A stretch of 32,000 nt of DNA, taken from contig NC_014148.1 of NCBI RefSeq assembly GCF_000092105.1, positions 1,320,001 through 1,352,000 of the forward strand. The letters are read 5' to 3'. The notes beneath the pieces were generated by a model. It was not told where the DNA came from. It was given only the letters and a program-made list of their open reading frames with translations, and did not search any database. The position numbers and the translations under genes are program-made. The stretch comes from Planctopirus limnophila DSM 3776. GTDB taxonomy: Bacteria; Planctomycetota; Planctomycetia; Planctomycetales; Planctomycetaceae. Shown one piece after another: positions 23,577 through 32,000 of this stretch (positions are counted from its first letter, which is position 1; each line of letters opens with the position of its first letter).

Positions 23577-25520
23577 TTATTCGTGCGAAACCTGAATTAA
23601 GGCCTTCAGAGATTCAACAGACTCCGGCTTTTCGTCGGGCCAATCTTTCCAAGATACTTGAAACGAGTGGATTCCCTGCCACTGCGATTTTCGGCTCAGG
23701 AGCTGTGTTTCAAGGGCGTCCAGCAAGACTTGATTGACCAGTTTTTGCACAAGACGCCCTCCTTCCTGATGGTGGCTGGAGGTCGACTTTTCATGAGCCC
23801 ACACTCCCAATTGATGGGGGATTCGTGGTGAAAGAGTGAGCCTGATTTCCAGCTTCCGTGCCCAAGATTCCTGGAGCCGCTGGCAGGCGGCTTCCGCGAT
23901 GCCAATGAAGGCTTCCTCACTGAGAGGACGGAAGACCACAATTCGCTGGATTCTGGCCAGAAACTGCGGTGGGAATATTGGCTGAGTCGAGCGTTCGTGC
24001 CGTACTTTTCCCAAGGCTTGTCGGACTGCTTCGGCAATCGTGTCTTCTGGTGTCGAATTGGCTGTGAGTTGGGTGATCTGACGATCTCCCGCATTACTCG
24101 TCAGTATGAAGATCGCACGATCTGCGTACGCCTTGACGCCTCGTTGATCGACGATCCAGCCCTCATCAAACAAATTGAGAAAGGGCTTCCAGACATTTGG
24201 ATGACACTTCTCTGCTTCGTCCAGCAGGAAGACAGAGTAGGGATCCGAATTGAGTTCATTAATCAGACGTCCGCCTTGCTCATGACCGACATATCCAGGG
24301 GGAACACCGATAATGCCCGAAATGCTGTGGGGTTCGGTAAAGTTTCCCATGGAGTAGATCTGTGGACGGCGACTGCTTGAATAGATCTCAGCAATTCTTT
24401 TTGCAAGTTCTGTCTTTCCGACCCCTGTTAACCCCGCAAACAGCAGAACTGAGGCTGGCTTGTTGGGTGAGGTGAGTCCTGCCTTGATGAGTCGCAGTTC
24501 AGCCGCGACCTGCCGAATTGCAGTCTCCTGGCCAGTCACCACAGCCGATAGTGTTTCTTCAAAATCTCCATGAGTACGTGTCCCTGCTAACGTTTCTGCA
24601 GGAATGCCAGTCTTGTCGGCCAAGACCGCAATTAAATCTTCGAGTTCGACGGTCTGTTGAGCGGCTTGTCGCTCATTTCGACGATAGGCGACGAGTTCAT
24701 AGGCTTCAGTCAACAGTCGGATGGACTTTGTTGGCTCAAACTCGCTGAGAAGATAGATCGATGAGAGGTGATGGCAGCGATCAATCAGCTCTGGGCCAAG
24801 ATCGAGCTCAAATTTTTGGCAAAGCTGCTGAGCATGCAACTTCAAAATTTCTTGAAGCACACTGTCGTGTGGCTCGGGAAACTCAACCCTGCTGAAAAGT
24901 GATCTCATGGCGGCGTCTGACGAGATCGTGTCGGCGTATTCCCAGGGTGACATCATCGCGATCACCGAAACGTTTCGTCGACCAAGGAGAGCTCGAAACA
25001 GTGGAGCATTCGTGGCTCCCTGCAATCTCTTCATTAGTGGAGAGAGGCCTTCAACAAAAAGCAGGCAAGGTGTGTTGGCCGGAATTGAAGAGATCGTCAT
25101 TTCCAGCACGGCCCGAGTATCTTCAGGGCCAATATTTCGAGCATCGAGTTCTAAGCAGACATGATCTTTGAGGAAAGCCCACTCCTGAGACTGCAGGAGT
25201 GAAGAAAATGCTCGCAGGGCAGATGTTTTGCCAACTCCCGGCATTCCTGTCACCGCGATATGGCGACGTGCGGAGCGAAACAAAATCGTGGCCAGATTCT
25301 CAAAGAATTCAGGCCGGTAGTTGAGCCAAGGGACACGGTCTGGCGACTTATGGAAATCATCCTTCGAAGCTGTCGTCTCCAATTGATGGAGTGGCAAAGG
25401 GGACGATCTCTCGGAAACTTGGGCCGAAGCTGGGAGAATTGTCGGCATTGAAGCCTGAGTACCGGATGACATGACAATTTCCATGGAGACTGATTGGGGA
25501 GTTCTGTTTTTGCTGAACAA
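23577..25520 (-). CDS. ClpA/ClpB-like double AAA+ ATPase lacking visible N- and M-domains
   Basis: D1 has Walker A GMPGVGKT but Walker B reads LLFVEG instead of hhhhDE. D2 has Walker A GLTGVGKT, Walker B FLLDEAEK, PPGYVGHEQGG and sensor-1 ILTSNAG. The 25520 start is TTG. In-frame ATGs at 25484 and 25472 are alternatives. Confidence 0.85.
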   Translation of the reverse strand: MFSKNRTPQSVSMEIVMSSGTQASMPTILPASAQVSERSSPLPLHQLETTASKDDFHKSPDRVPWLNYRPEFFENLATILFRSARRHIAVTGMPGVGKTSALRAFSSLLQSQEWAFLKDHVCLELDARNIGPEDTRAVLEMTISSIPANTPCLLFVEGLSPLMKRLQGATNAPLFRALLGRRNVSVIAMMSPWEYADTISSDAAMRSLFSRVEFPEPHDSVLQEILKLHAQQLCQKFELDLGPELIDRCHHLSSIYLLSEFEPTKSIRLLTEAYELVAYRRNERQAAQQTVELEDLIAVLADKTGIPAETLAGTRTHGDFEETLSAVVTGQETAIRQVAAELRLIKAGLTSPNKPASVLLFAGLTGVGKTELAKRIAEIYSSSRRPQIYSMGNFTEPHSISGIIGVPPGYVGHEQGGRLINELNSDPYSVFLLDEAEKCHPNVWKPFLNLFDEGWIVDQRGVKAYADRAIFILTSNAGDRQITQLTANSTPEDTIAEAVRQALGKVRHERSTQPIFPPQFLARIQRIVVFRPLSEEAFIGIAEAACQRLQESWARKLEIRLTLSPRIPHQLGVWAHEKSTSSHHQEGGRLVQKLVNQVLLDALETQLLSRKSQWQGIHSFQVSWKDWPDEKPESVESLKALIQVSHE

Positions 25521-26376
25521 TACTCAGCCAATCAACCTACCCCAAAAAATTCATTTGATGCCAGATCATAGAGCTTCGATGACCATTGATGGAAGCGAAC
25601 AACCTCTCGTTATCCCTCGATCAAGACGAGTAACCCGTGGACTTCCAATCAATTCATCCATGATCAACGAATGAATCCAATTCAACGCATGGCGTGTGCA
25701 AAGAAAGTCAGATCAAAGATAGAGCCAGTAAAATTGCTGCTAGTCGCTCGGAGTGTAAAGAGATCAAAGCTTCGCTCGCCACTGGACTCCTTTCCTGAGG
25801 GCAAGCAGATCTAGGGTTTTGACGCCGTCAAAATAGATCATACCGAAGGTCGTACTTCCGAATATCAGTTCTGGCCAGTTTTGATCGATCCAAGAAGGAA
25901 TGGTTTCCTTTAATGTTAAAGAAATCGAATTGTCCAAGAGAATCATCGCCGCCGTTTTAGGATTTACCGATCGGATCAAATAGGTTGCAGCGTCGGGTTG
26001 TCCCTTTCCTGGTTATGTCCAAGGCCTACTTGACTGATAGTTAGGCTATTTCCACCTTCTCTCAGTCCCTGGCGAGAGTAACACGCGTGACCATTTGCGG
26101 AAGTCTTGGTCGTTCTAATCAAGCCGCCTATTTTATCGACAAACAATTCCTATGAGATTCTTCTCCGGTGCCGTGAGTTAGGCGAATAGATTTTTCCCAG
26201 TGATTCGACTATCGAGATGAAAGAGGGGTTGTTGAAAGGCCTCTCAGGCCAGGTGAGAAAAATCCTATCGAAATGAAATCGCAATGAACTGGCAGATTTG
26301 CTGGCGGTTAAGAACCATCTCGATCCCTGGCCGTCTTCGGGTCTGATCTGAAGGGTTATCGGGACTGCTTCCCTTA

Positions 26377-27346
26377 GAGCCCGACAAAAAACTAAACATC
26401 CAAAGCACCCGGCAAATGGCACGGGATTTGCGCCAGAAAGTGGAAGTACCACCTTCTACTCCTTCTGGAGCCGATCATGAATGCTCATTTGCCGGATGCG
26501 ATTTGTCAGCCTGTCATGAACATGCTCCCCGAGCAATCCCCACAGGGACGCCCTCCAGTAATCTTTCGGGAGGTGGCAGGCCGCCAATTTCCCATGACAT
26601 TGTTCTCCGTGTCATCTGGTTCGTGCTCACCACCGGCTGCAGTTGGCGCAAACTGCCAGCAGGCATGGGCTGCTCTGGCGAGACCGCTCGGACACGTTTT
26701 GCTCATTGGGAAGAGCTGGGGATCTGGCGGCGATTGTATGCCAGCGTTCTGACGCAACTCCACCGGACACAGGCCTTGAATCTGGAAGTTGTCATCGTCG
26801 ATTCTACGCACGTCCGGGCCTTTAGAGGCGGAGCGGTCAGTGGCCCCAGCCCTGTGAATCGCCGGAAAACTGGGACAAAGTACACGGTCATGACTGACGG
26901 GAATGGTACGCCCCTGGTCATGATCTCGACTCCGGCGAATACCAGCGATCATCGCTGCCTGATGCCCGTGGTCGAGCTACTCTCTCGTCAAGGGGGCTTC
27001 GGGCAGACCTCGGAAGCGTCCACGAGCGTTGTATGCTGACGCAGGCTACGACAGTGAAGCCGCTCGCCAGGCACTCCAGGGTCGCGACATCATCCCCCAC
27101 ATTCGGCGCAGAAACACCACCCATGGAAGTGGACTGGGAAAGGTTCCTGTGAAGTCACAAGACAGAGGTGGTGGAACGTACCATCAGTTGGCTCGGCGGC
27201 CTTGGCCGATTCCGAATTCGCTACGACCGCGATCAGCAGATCATCCACGCCTGGAACCACCTGGCACTCGCTGCCCTCTGCTATCGCGTGCTGATGAAAA
27301 AGTCAGTCTAAACTATTCAGCAGCAAAGAGGTTTTTTGTCAGCCTC
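26377..27346 (+). mobile_element. Decayed IS5-family (IS427/IS1031-like) insertion sequence, about 970 bp
   Basis: Terminal inverted repeats: gagcccgacaaaaaac (26377..) versus the reverse complement of (..27346), gaggctgacaaaaaac. Flanked by tta at 26374..26376 and 27347..27349, a TNA-type 3-bp duplication. Confidence 0.7.
26477..27311 (+). pseudogene. IS5-family DDE transposase, broken by at least three frame disruptions
   Basis: The pieces lie in three frames. Piece 1: MNAHLPDAICQPV...GRPP. Piece 2: GGRPPISHDIVLRVIWFVLTTGCSWRKLP...VIVDSTHVRA...TPANTSDH. Piece 3: GRPRKRPRALYADAGYDSEAARQ...HGSGLGK. Piece 4: VVERTISWLGGLGRFRIRYDRDQQIIHAWNHLALAALCYRVLMKKSV, with stop at 27309..27311. One shift coincides with the G5 run at 26992..26996. 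Confidence 0.75.
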
Positions 27347-27878
27347 TTAGTCCTTCGGGGTGGCTTGCGTAAAGTCGAGCGCCGCTTCGGGGATGGCTAC
27401 CCGAATGCGGTGTTTGTCGACCTTCTTGACGATAGCGAATCATGTCGGGTAGGTGAGATCGCCGATGTCCGAAAGTACGTAAAAGTCAATCCACCAGAAC
27501 GCGACGGTCGCGCAGCTATCATCCATGTCGGGACGCAATTGCGGCAGAAGTCGGCGTACGCGCCGTAGAGTTGCGAGAAAAGCTCGAATACGACGCAAGT
27601 GAATTGCGTGAAGTCATGGCCAAAGCAGTTGCCCTCTATCTAGACGAACGATTTTCAGCCTCAAGAAGTCGGCGATTCGGCCTTTTGCCCGGAAAGTAGC
27701 CACTCTGCAATCACCTTTGGCACTGGCGACGCGCCTGACGCCCTCCGCCTGACCGTTCTGAGGTCCCGGACAAACTTCCGGGACAGCGCTGATTGCCAGT
27801 GCGTTCCCCGTAAGCATTCGGAGGGAGTGAGGAGTGCTACGGGCAAGTGTCGAAATGTCCGAGGTGCCAAAATGATCA

Positions 27879-28655
27879 GTGGTACCATTGAAAGCGCGAA
27901 TGGCGCTCAGTACCATATGGCTTATGTCTAGATGCACAGCACCAGTACGTGGTCATCGATCAGCCGCAGCGGCAGAAGCCTGTCCTGCATGTGGAGGTCG
28001 TAGTGGCCGTTACAGCGGATATAGCGGCTACAGGGTGAGTTCGTACTCGTCGTATTCCTCATCTACGAGTGGCAGCGGGATCAGTCGAAGCATCGGCGGT
28101 AGCTCAAGCCGCAATGTAAGGCCGCGCTGGTCAGGAGCGGGTTCAGTCCAGCTCTACACACCCGAAGAAGTGCGGGCGCTCACTCCAATTCGCGAAGCCG
28201 TCGAAAAGCGAGCGTCCGTGCCTGGTATTCGGGATGTTTTTCTCTGCCATGCGTGGGATGACCGGCAAGGCGCTGCCAAACAACTGTCCGAACTGCTTTT
28301 GGCAAGTGGCGTCTCGGTCTGGTTCAGCGAGAATGACATTGGCCTCGGCGAACCGTTCCTTCGTGCAATCGACAAGGGATTGGCAAAAACGCGAATCGGA
28401 ATCGTGCTAGTTACTCCCGCGCTGCTGAAGCGACTTCCGGCAGCGGGCGTTGCAGACAAGGAACTTTCGGTGCTTCTCGCGCGTGACCAACTTGTTCCCA
28501 TCGTGCATAACACAACTTACGATGCCCTCCGCGATGTAAGTCCGATGCTGGCCTCGCGAAACGGCCTCGACACATCCGAAGAGCCGATGGCAGATGTCGC
28601 CGCAAAGTTGGCCGAATTGGTCAGGGTGCCAGTAAGTGCAGGCCGATGCGGGTAG
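27879..28655 (+). CDS. TIR-domain protein with a Ser/Tyr/Gly-rich low-complexity N-terminal region
   Basis: The TIR-like block is RDVFLCHAWDDRQGAAKQLSELLLASGVSVWFSENDIGLGEPFLRAIDKGLAKTRIGIVLVTPALLKRL...DKELSVLL. The N-terminus is CPACGGRSGRYSGYSGYRVSSYSSYSSSTSGSGISRSIGGSSS. The start is uncertain: GTG 27879, ATG 27900 or ATG 27924. Confidence 0.8.
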   Translation: MVPLKARMALSTIWLMSRCTAPVRGHRSAAAAEACPACGGRSGRYSGYSGYRVSSYSSYSSSTSGSGISRSIGGSSSRNVRPRWSGAGSVQLYTPEEVRALTPIREAVEKRASVPGIRDVFLCHAWDDRQGAAKQLSELLLASGVSVWFSENDIGLGEPFLRAIDKGLAKTRIGIVLVTPALLKRLPAAGVADKELSVLLARDQLVPIVHNTTYDALRDVSPMLASRNGLDTSEEPMADVAAKLAELVRVPVSAGRCG

Positions 28656-28712
28656 CGCGTCTTCATGCAGTATAGGCTGAGTGCATCCCGTCGTTTCGTT
28701 GACATGTGCGGC

Positions 28713-30125
28713 CTACCAGTTTTCCCATAGATCGGCATCCTCCGCGAGAAACTTATCGCATTTCCATGGCTCCCAGCATACCGGTGACCCGCTTCGGAGC
28801 AGGTAATACTGCTCGTTCGCGCAAACAAGCTGCGACTTATCCGTCTCGCTGATCCAGTTCATGGCCTCGCAGAACGAGTCTTGAGAGGAGTCTTGAGCGA
28901 GAATGTCGCCTTCCAGTACTTCAATCCTCTGGGTCAGTCGCCTGACCTTATCCGGCAACTCCTTGATATTCCTGCGGGCAAGGAACTGCTCGTCATGGTG
29001 ATTATTCTGGAGGATCGAGAGACGCTTCAACTCGGCGTCCCCTTCCGCGAGGGTCAGCACAGCGGGATTGCCTGAAGCAATCGCCTTCACCTCGGCATAG
29101 CTCAGTTCTTGCCCGCCGACATCCTCGGCCTTCCGCGCGATGTTGCTACCATTCATCACCTGGGCAATGAGTCGTGCCTTGGTTTCCAGTGCCTGCCACA
29201 TATAGGCGTCGAAGCTGCCTTCCGTGACATAATGGTAGATCGAGATTTCCTCATTGTCATTGCATTGCCGGAGGATTCGACCGTCACGTTGTTCTACCTC
29301 GGCGGGCCTCCATGGTGCGTCAGGGTGATGCAGGGCAACCAGACGTTTCTGGACGTTGGTGTCGGTTCCCATCTTCTGGGTTGATCCGAGGAGAACCCGG
29401 ACGATTCCCTTCCGCACCTTCTCGAACAGGACTTGCTTCTTGCCGTCGGTATCGGCAGGTCCGATGTCTGCAATCTGGCTGGCAGGATTTCACCGGTCGA
29501 TCAGCTTGCTACGGATGTCCTCATAGGCCGAATATCCCCACGCGGTTTCGTTCACGCCCATATCACAGAAAATTAACTGCGTGTCGCGAGTCGAGGCAGT
29601 TTCCTTCCATATAGCCACCACGTCGGCCAATGCATTGATCTTCGATTCTCCTGTATCTTCTGCCTCAGCCGAAACCATACGGGCATCGAAGGCAAGCTTC
29701 CGGCCATCCGTGGTGATCGCCAGTGCGTTGTCCTCGCGTGTATCGACCTTCTCGGTGCGGATTCGTTCGTAGCGCTTCACCAGCTCCTCCTGAATCCCGA
29801 ACTGGTCATCCGACATCGGGCAAGCGATGGTCTGCGGCTTTCCACCGGCCAGCTTGGGTCGTGTCAGGTTGAGCATTTCCGCTATCTGGACCTCGGAGAA
29901 TGCCTGGAACATCTGCTGAAACTCCGGCAGGTTCACGAACTTGGCGAACCGGGAACGTGGGCGGATGCTCTTGCCGTCCGGTGAAATCTCCATCGCCTCG
30001 ACGACTTCACCGAAAGTCGCAGCCCATGTGTCGAAATTATCGATACCGCGCGAGCGAAGTCCGGCGGGATCGAAATGCCGCTGCACGGTGTACATCTCGA
30101 CCATCGAATTACTGATCGGCGTCCT
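28713..30125 (-). pseudogene. Remnant (C-terminal part only) of a large SNF2-type helicase, of the kind fused to DNA methylases on plasmids and ICEs; one in-frame TGA
   Basis: ORFs 29490..30104 and 28713..29417 share a reading frame and are separated only by TGA at 29490..29492. The joined product reads ...TPISNSMVEMYTVQRHFDP...REDNALAITTDGRKLAFDARM...TQLIFCDMGV...KLIDR*NPASQIADIGPADTDGKKQVLFEKVRKGIVRVLLGSTQKMGTDTNVQKRLVALHHPDAPWRPAEVEQRDGRILRQ...YVTEGSFDAYMWQALETKA. Family-like sequence stops near 30125, so the N-terminal helicase and methylase portions are missing. Confidence 0.7.
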
Positions 30126-30268
30126 TCGGTTCCGTAGGCCGTTGGTCGAATCCTTGTGGGTGGGTATCTAACTTTGCTTTTCTCAGAGATTTAGGTCTTT
30201 TTCGGCAAGGTGCCGAACCAATCCACAGATCACAAGGTGTACTGTGTTTTACATCGTTTTCAATCAAG

Positions 30269-30290
30269 TTCTCTGACACTTCTCTGACAC
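30269..30290. repeat. 11-bp perfect tandem repeat (ttctctgacac x2)
   Basis: Read directly. It lies in the non-coding gap between the helicase remnant and the partial helicase gene. Confidence 0.7.
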
Positions 30291-30444
30291 GCACCTAAAG
30301 AGGTTCGCCAATAGTGGGCACCACTGGTGATATGCCCCAGGTGGCTCTGCCGCCGCTTAACTGTTGGCGAATTGAACCGTAGGCTATTTGGACTTCTTGC
30401 GTTAATCTCATCAAATCAACCGATCGATTGGAAGTTCTCACCTC

Positions 30445-32000
30445 TCAAAGGGAGTCGAGCACTGACGTAAAATAGCTCGGAAAGGCCTGTAAAACCGACC
30501 GGGCAGTTTCCTTCTTGTTGAGCAATCGTCGTTTCACCTTTTTACGTTCACTCGCACCAATCAAGCTTGCTGCCAACTCCTGCGCAAGCACGCGATCAGC
30601 AAATCCCAATTCGTAAATGGTGATCGATAGAGACGAGGGAAGTCCGTACTTGAGTTCCTTTTGGAGCTGGCGTAGCAACTCGATCGTGTCGGTCGCAGTC
30701 GATTCTTGGATTGTCAGGACTTCAGCCACAGCTCCCACAATCAGCATTCCATCAAATCCGAAACCGCTCTCGCATAAGTCGACAATGTGTTCGATTGTCG
30801 GATGTAGATTTCTGGCACTGAACCGGCATCCGGCTCCCGATATGTCTGCAAAAATTGATTCGAAGGGCTTTCCCTCTATCCAACTCTGGGCGGCCTGACT
30901 CACCGATGACGGAATTGAGCAACCGACGAATGATTTATTCCTGACAAAATCAGTAAACAGCGGCCAGATGTCACGCAATAAGGAAGCTGTATCGGAACGG
31001 CTTAACAGCTCACTCAGATTGTCTGTGACCCATTTCTGAATTGTGAGGTTATCAGCCAATCCAAAAAGGCTCCGCGAAAATATTCGACGTGTTGCCAAGT
31101 CTGGAATATTCGTCGCTACGTTCTCAGCCAACTTCTCAAATAATTCGACCAGCTTGATGCGCTCATCCTCTTCGGCAATGTGATATGCAAGGGTGGACGC
31201 GGCGAGCGACTCAATCGAAGCGCTCAACTCGTCACTGTTTTCTTCCCAATTAGCAAGAAGAAAACTTTCAATCGCTGACATGATGTCAGATTTCGCTTCC
31301 AGTTGATTTTCGAGATCCGCCTCGTCGAAGTTATTCTCTCGATACTTCACAGCGAGTCGGTTGGCTACACCGTGCCAGCCCTTCTTACCTTTCTTGTGCG
31401 CTTGCACCATCAGACCGACAGATAAACGGAGACTCATCTCGCGATCTTTTGAGTACACCGGATCAAGAACGGAGAGTAATGCGCTCCGACATTCCTCAGA
31501 CTTTGACGGATCCAAAAGTGCCTTTGTATTTGGCCATCTCCACCGTTCGCTCGCGTCGGTTCGTCCATCATAAATTTTCGGATCGGAGAAAATCACGGTT
31601 CCTTCCGTGTGCATCCCGGAGCGGCCGACACGACCAAGAAGATTGTGAAAATCACGTGTTTTGATCTGCTCGTTACCTTGCCTGGCTCCCGTGATAATCA
31701 GATACCGAATCGGCAAATTGACACCTTGCGCAAGTGTCGATGTGCAGATGACGACTTTTATTAAGCCCTCCTTCATTGCGAATTCGACCGCGAGTCGAAT
31801 TCCATGCGGGGTGTTCCCGTGATGCGTAAATACGCCAAGTCTTGCAGCCTTCGAAGATGCGACCGAGTCTCCCAGATTCCTCTCAATTTGATAGACGAGC
31901 CGCTGAATCTCACCTGCATCTGAATATGTGTCAGGAGATGCCATTGCTAAGCCGCGACTGAACACCTCAACTGCACTTTGAGCAATTGAGCTAGCCGTAG
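30445..32000 (-). CDS. Superfamily-2 (Ski2/DEAD-DEAH-like) helicase, C-terminal part; the gene continues beyond the window end
   Basis: Helicase C-domain motifs: FTHHGNTPHGIRLAVEFAMKEGLIKVVICTSTLAQGVNLP (motifs IV-V) and LLGRVGRSGMHTEG (motif VI). An about 340-aa C-terminal extension of unknown type follows. The frame is open from 31965 to 32000 (..TASSIAQSAVEVFSRG), so the listed start is not the true start. Confidence 0.8.
   Translation of the reverse strand, partial: TASSIAQSAVEVFSRGLAMASPDTYSDAGEIQRLVYQIERNLGDSVASSKAARLGVFTHHGNTPHGIRLAVEFAMKEGLIKVVICTSTLAQGVNLPIRYLIITGARQGNEQIKTRDFHNLLGRVGRSGMHTEGTVIFSDPKIYDGRTDASERWRWPNTKALLDPSKSEECRSALLSVLDPVYSKDREMSLRLSVGLMVQAHKKGKKGWHGVANRLAVKYRENNFDEADLENQLEAKSDIMSAIESFLLANWEENSDELSASIESLAASTLAYHIAEEDERIKLVELFEKLAENVATNIPDLATRRIFSRSLFGLADNLTIQKWVTDNLSELLSRSDTASLLRDIWPLFTDFVRNKSFVGCSIPSSVSQAAQSWIEGKPFESIFADISGAGCRFSARNLHPTIEHIVDLCESGFGFDGMLIVGAVAEVLTIQESTATDTIELLRQLQKELKYGLPSSLSITIYELGFADRVLAQELAASLIGASERKKVKRRLLNKKETARSVLQAFPSYFTSVLDSL

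Noticed and set aside
23577-25520. The AAA+ protein as ClpV (TssH) of a type VI secretion system delivering the RHS toxin.
   Set aside because: No other T6SS genes (Hcp, VgrG, PAAR, TssB/C and so on) are in the window. The protein is shorter than ClpV and lacks a visible N-domain. The idea is kept only as a conceptual analogy.
25764-25979. 71-aa minus-strand ORF (TTG start) in the gap between the AAA+ gene and the IS5 remnant.
   Set aside because: Short, non-ATG start, no motifs and no clear ribosome-binding site. It could be a gene fragment, but I cannot support it.
26150-26452. 100-aa minus-strand ORF.
   Set aside because: It runs across the left inverted repeat of the IS5-family element (26377), so at best it is a chimeric or disrupted frame.
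27456-27699. An open frame on the plus strand reading ..DAIAAEVGVRAVELREKLEYDASELREVMAKAVALYLDERF.., faintly reminiscent of a ribbon-helix-helix antitoxin C-terminus.
   Set aside because: There is no start codon until Met at 27616, the resemblance is weak, and no adjacent toxin ORF exists. Possibly a gene remnant between the IS and the TIR gene.
27614-27937. 107-aa minus-strand ORF overlapping the 5' end of the TIR gene.
   Set aside because: No motifs. It overlaps the better-supported TIR ORF and looks like an antisense shadow in GC-rich sequence.
29490-29492. The in-frame TGA as selenocysteine or programmed readthrough.
   Set aside because: The gene is also 5'-truncated and lies in a decayed mobile region. 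The expected residue is Gly (a GGA to TGA single change). I saw no obvious SECIS-like hairpin downstream.
30105-30444. A non-coding gap, checked for a tRNA, integrase attachment site or promoter.
   Set aside because: No cloverleaf-compatible sequence was seen. Only an 11-bp tandem repeat (30269..30290) stands out, and it is reported as a minor repeat feature.

Overview
This looks like an accessory, polymorphic stretch of a bacterial chromosome. Gene content hints at Planctomycetota, but that is unverified. Positions 86-25520 are almost entirely minus-strand and read, from high to low coordinate: (1) a ClpA/B-like double AAA+ ATPase. (2) A tightly coupled glycosyltransferase block with two ATGA start/stop overlaps: a 331-aa unknown, a TPR-GT4, and a CgeB-like GT + SAM-methyltransferase + GT2 + GT2 + TPR giant. 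(3) A 526-aa Cys-rich protein with no visible signal peptide, whose three 5-Cys modules are joined by long (SSSSSP)n and (TTAGPT)n tracts encoded by 18-nt tandem arrays. (4) A fused GT-A (DSH motif) + GT31 galactosyltransferase-like enzyme. (5) An 8.2-kb RHS/YD-repeat polymorphic toxin gene with a 567-bp internal tandem duplication, followed by a small putative immunity gene. (6) An IS4-family insertion with an 11-bp target-site duplication. (7) A 5'-truncated orphan RHS cassette carrying a different C-terminal toxin. Positions 26.3-32 kb are a mobile-DNA and defence patchwork: a decayed IS5-family element, a TIR-domain gene (plus strand), a remnant of a large SNF2-type helicase gene (5'-truncated, one in-frame TGA), and a partial SF2 helicase running off the window. 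The most interesting hypothesis is that the Ser/Thr/Pro-repeat protein and the surrounding glycosyltransferases form a dedicated mucin-like protein O-glycosylation system. No rRNA, tRNA or CRISPR was seen. All domain calls come from reading motifs by eye; no searches were run.
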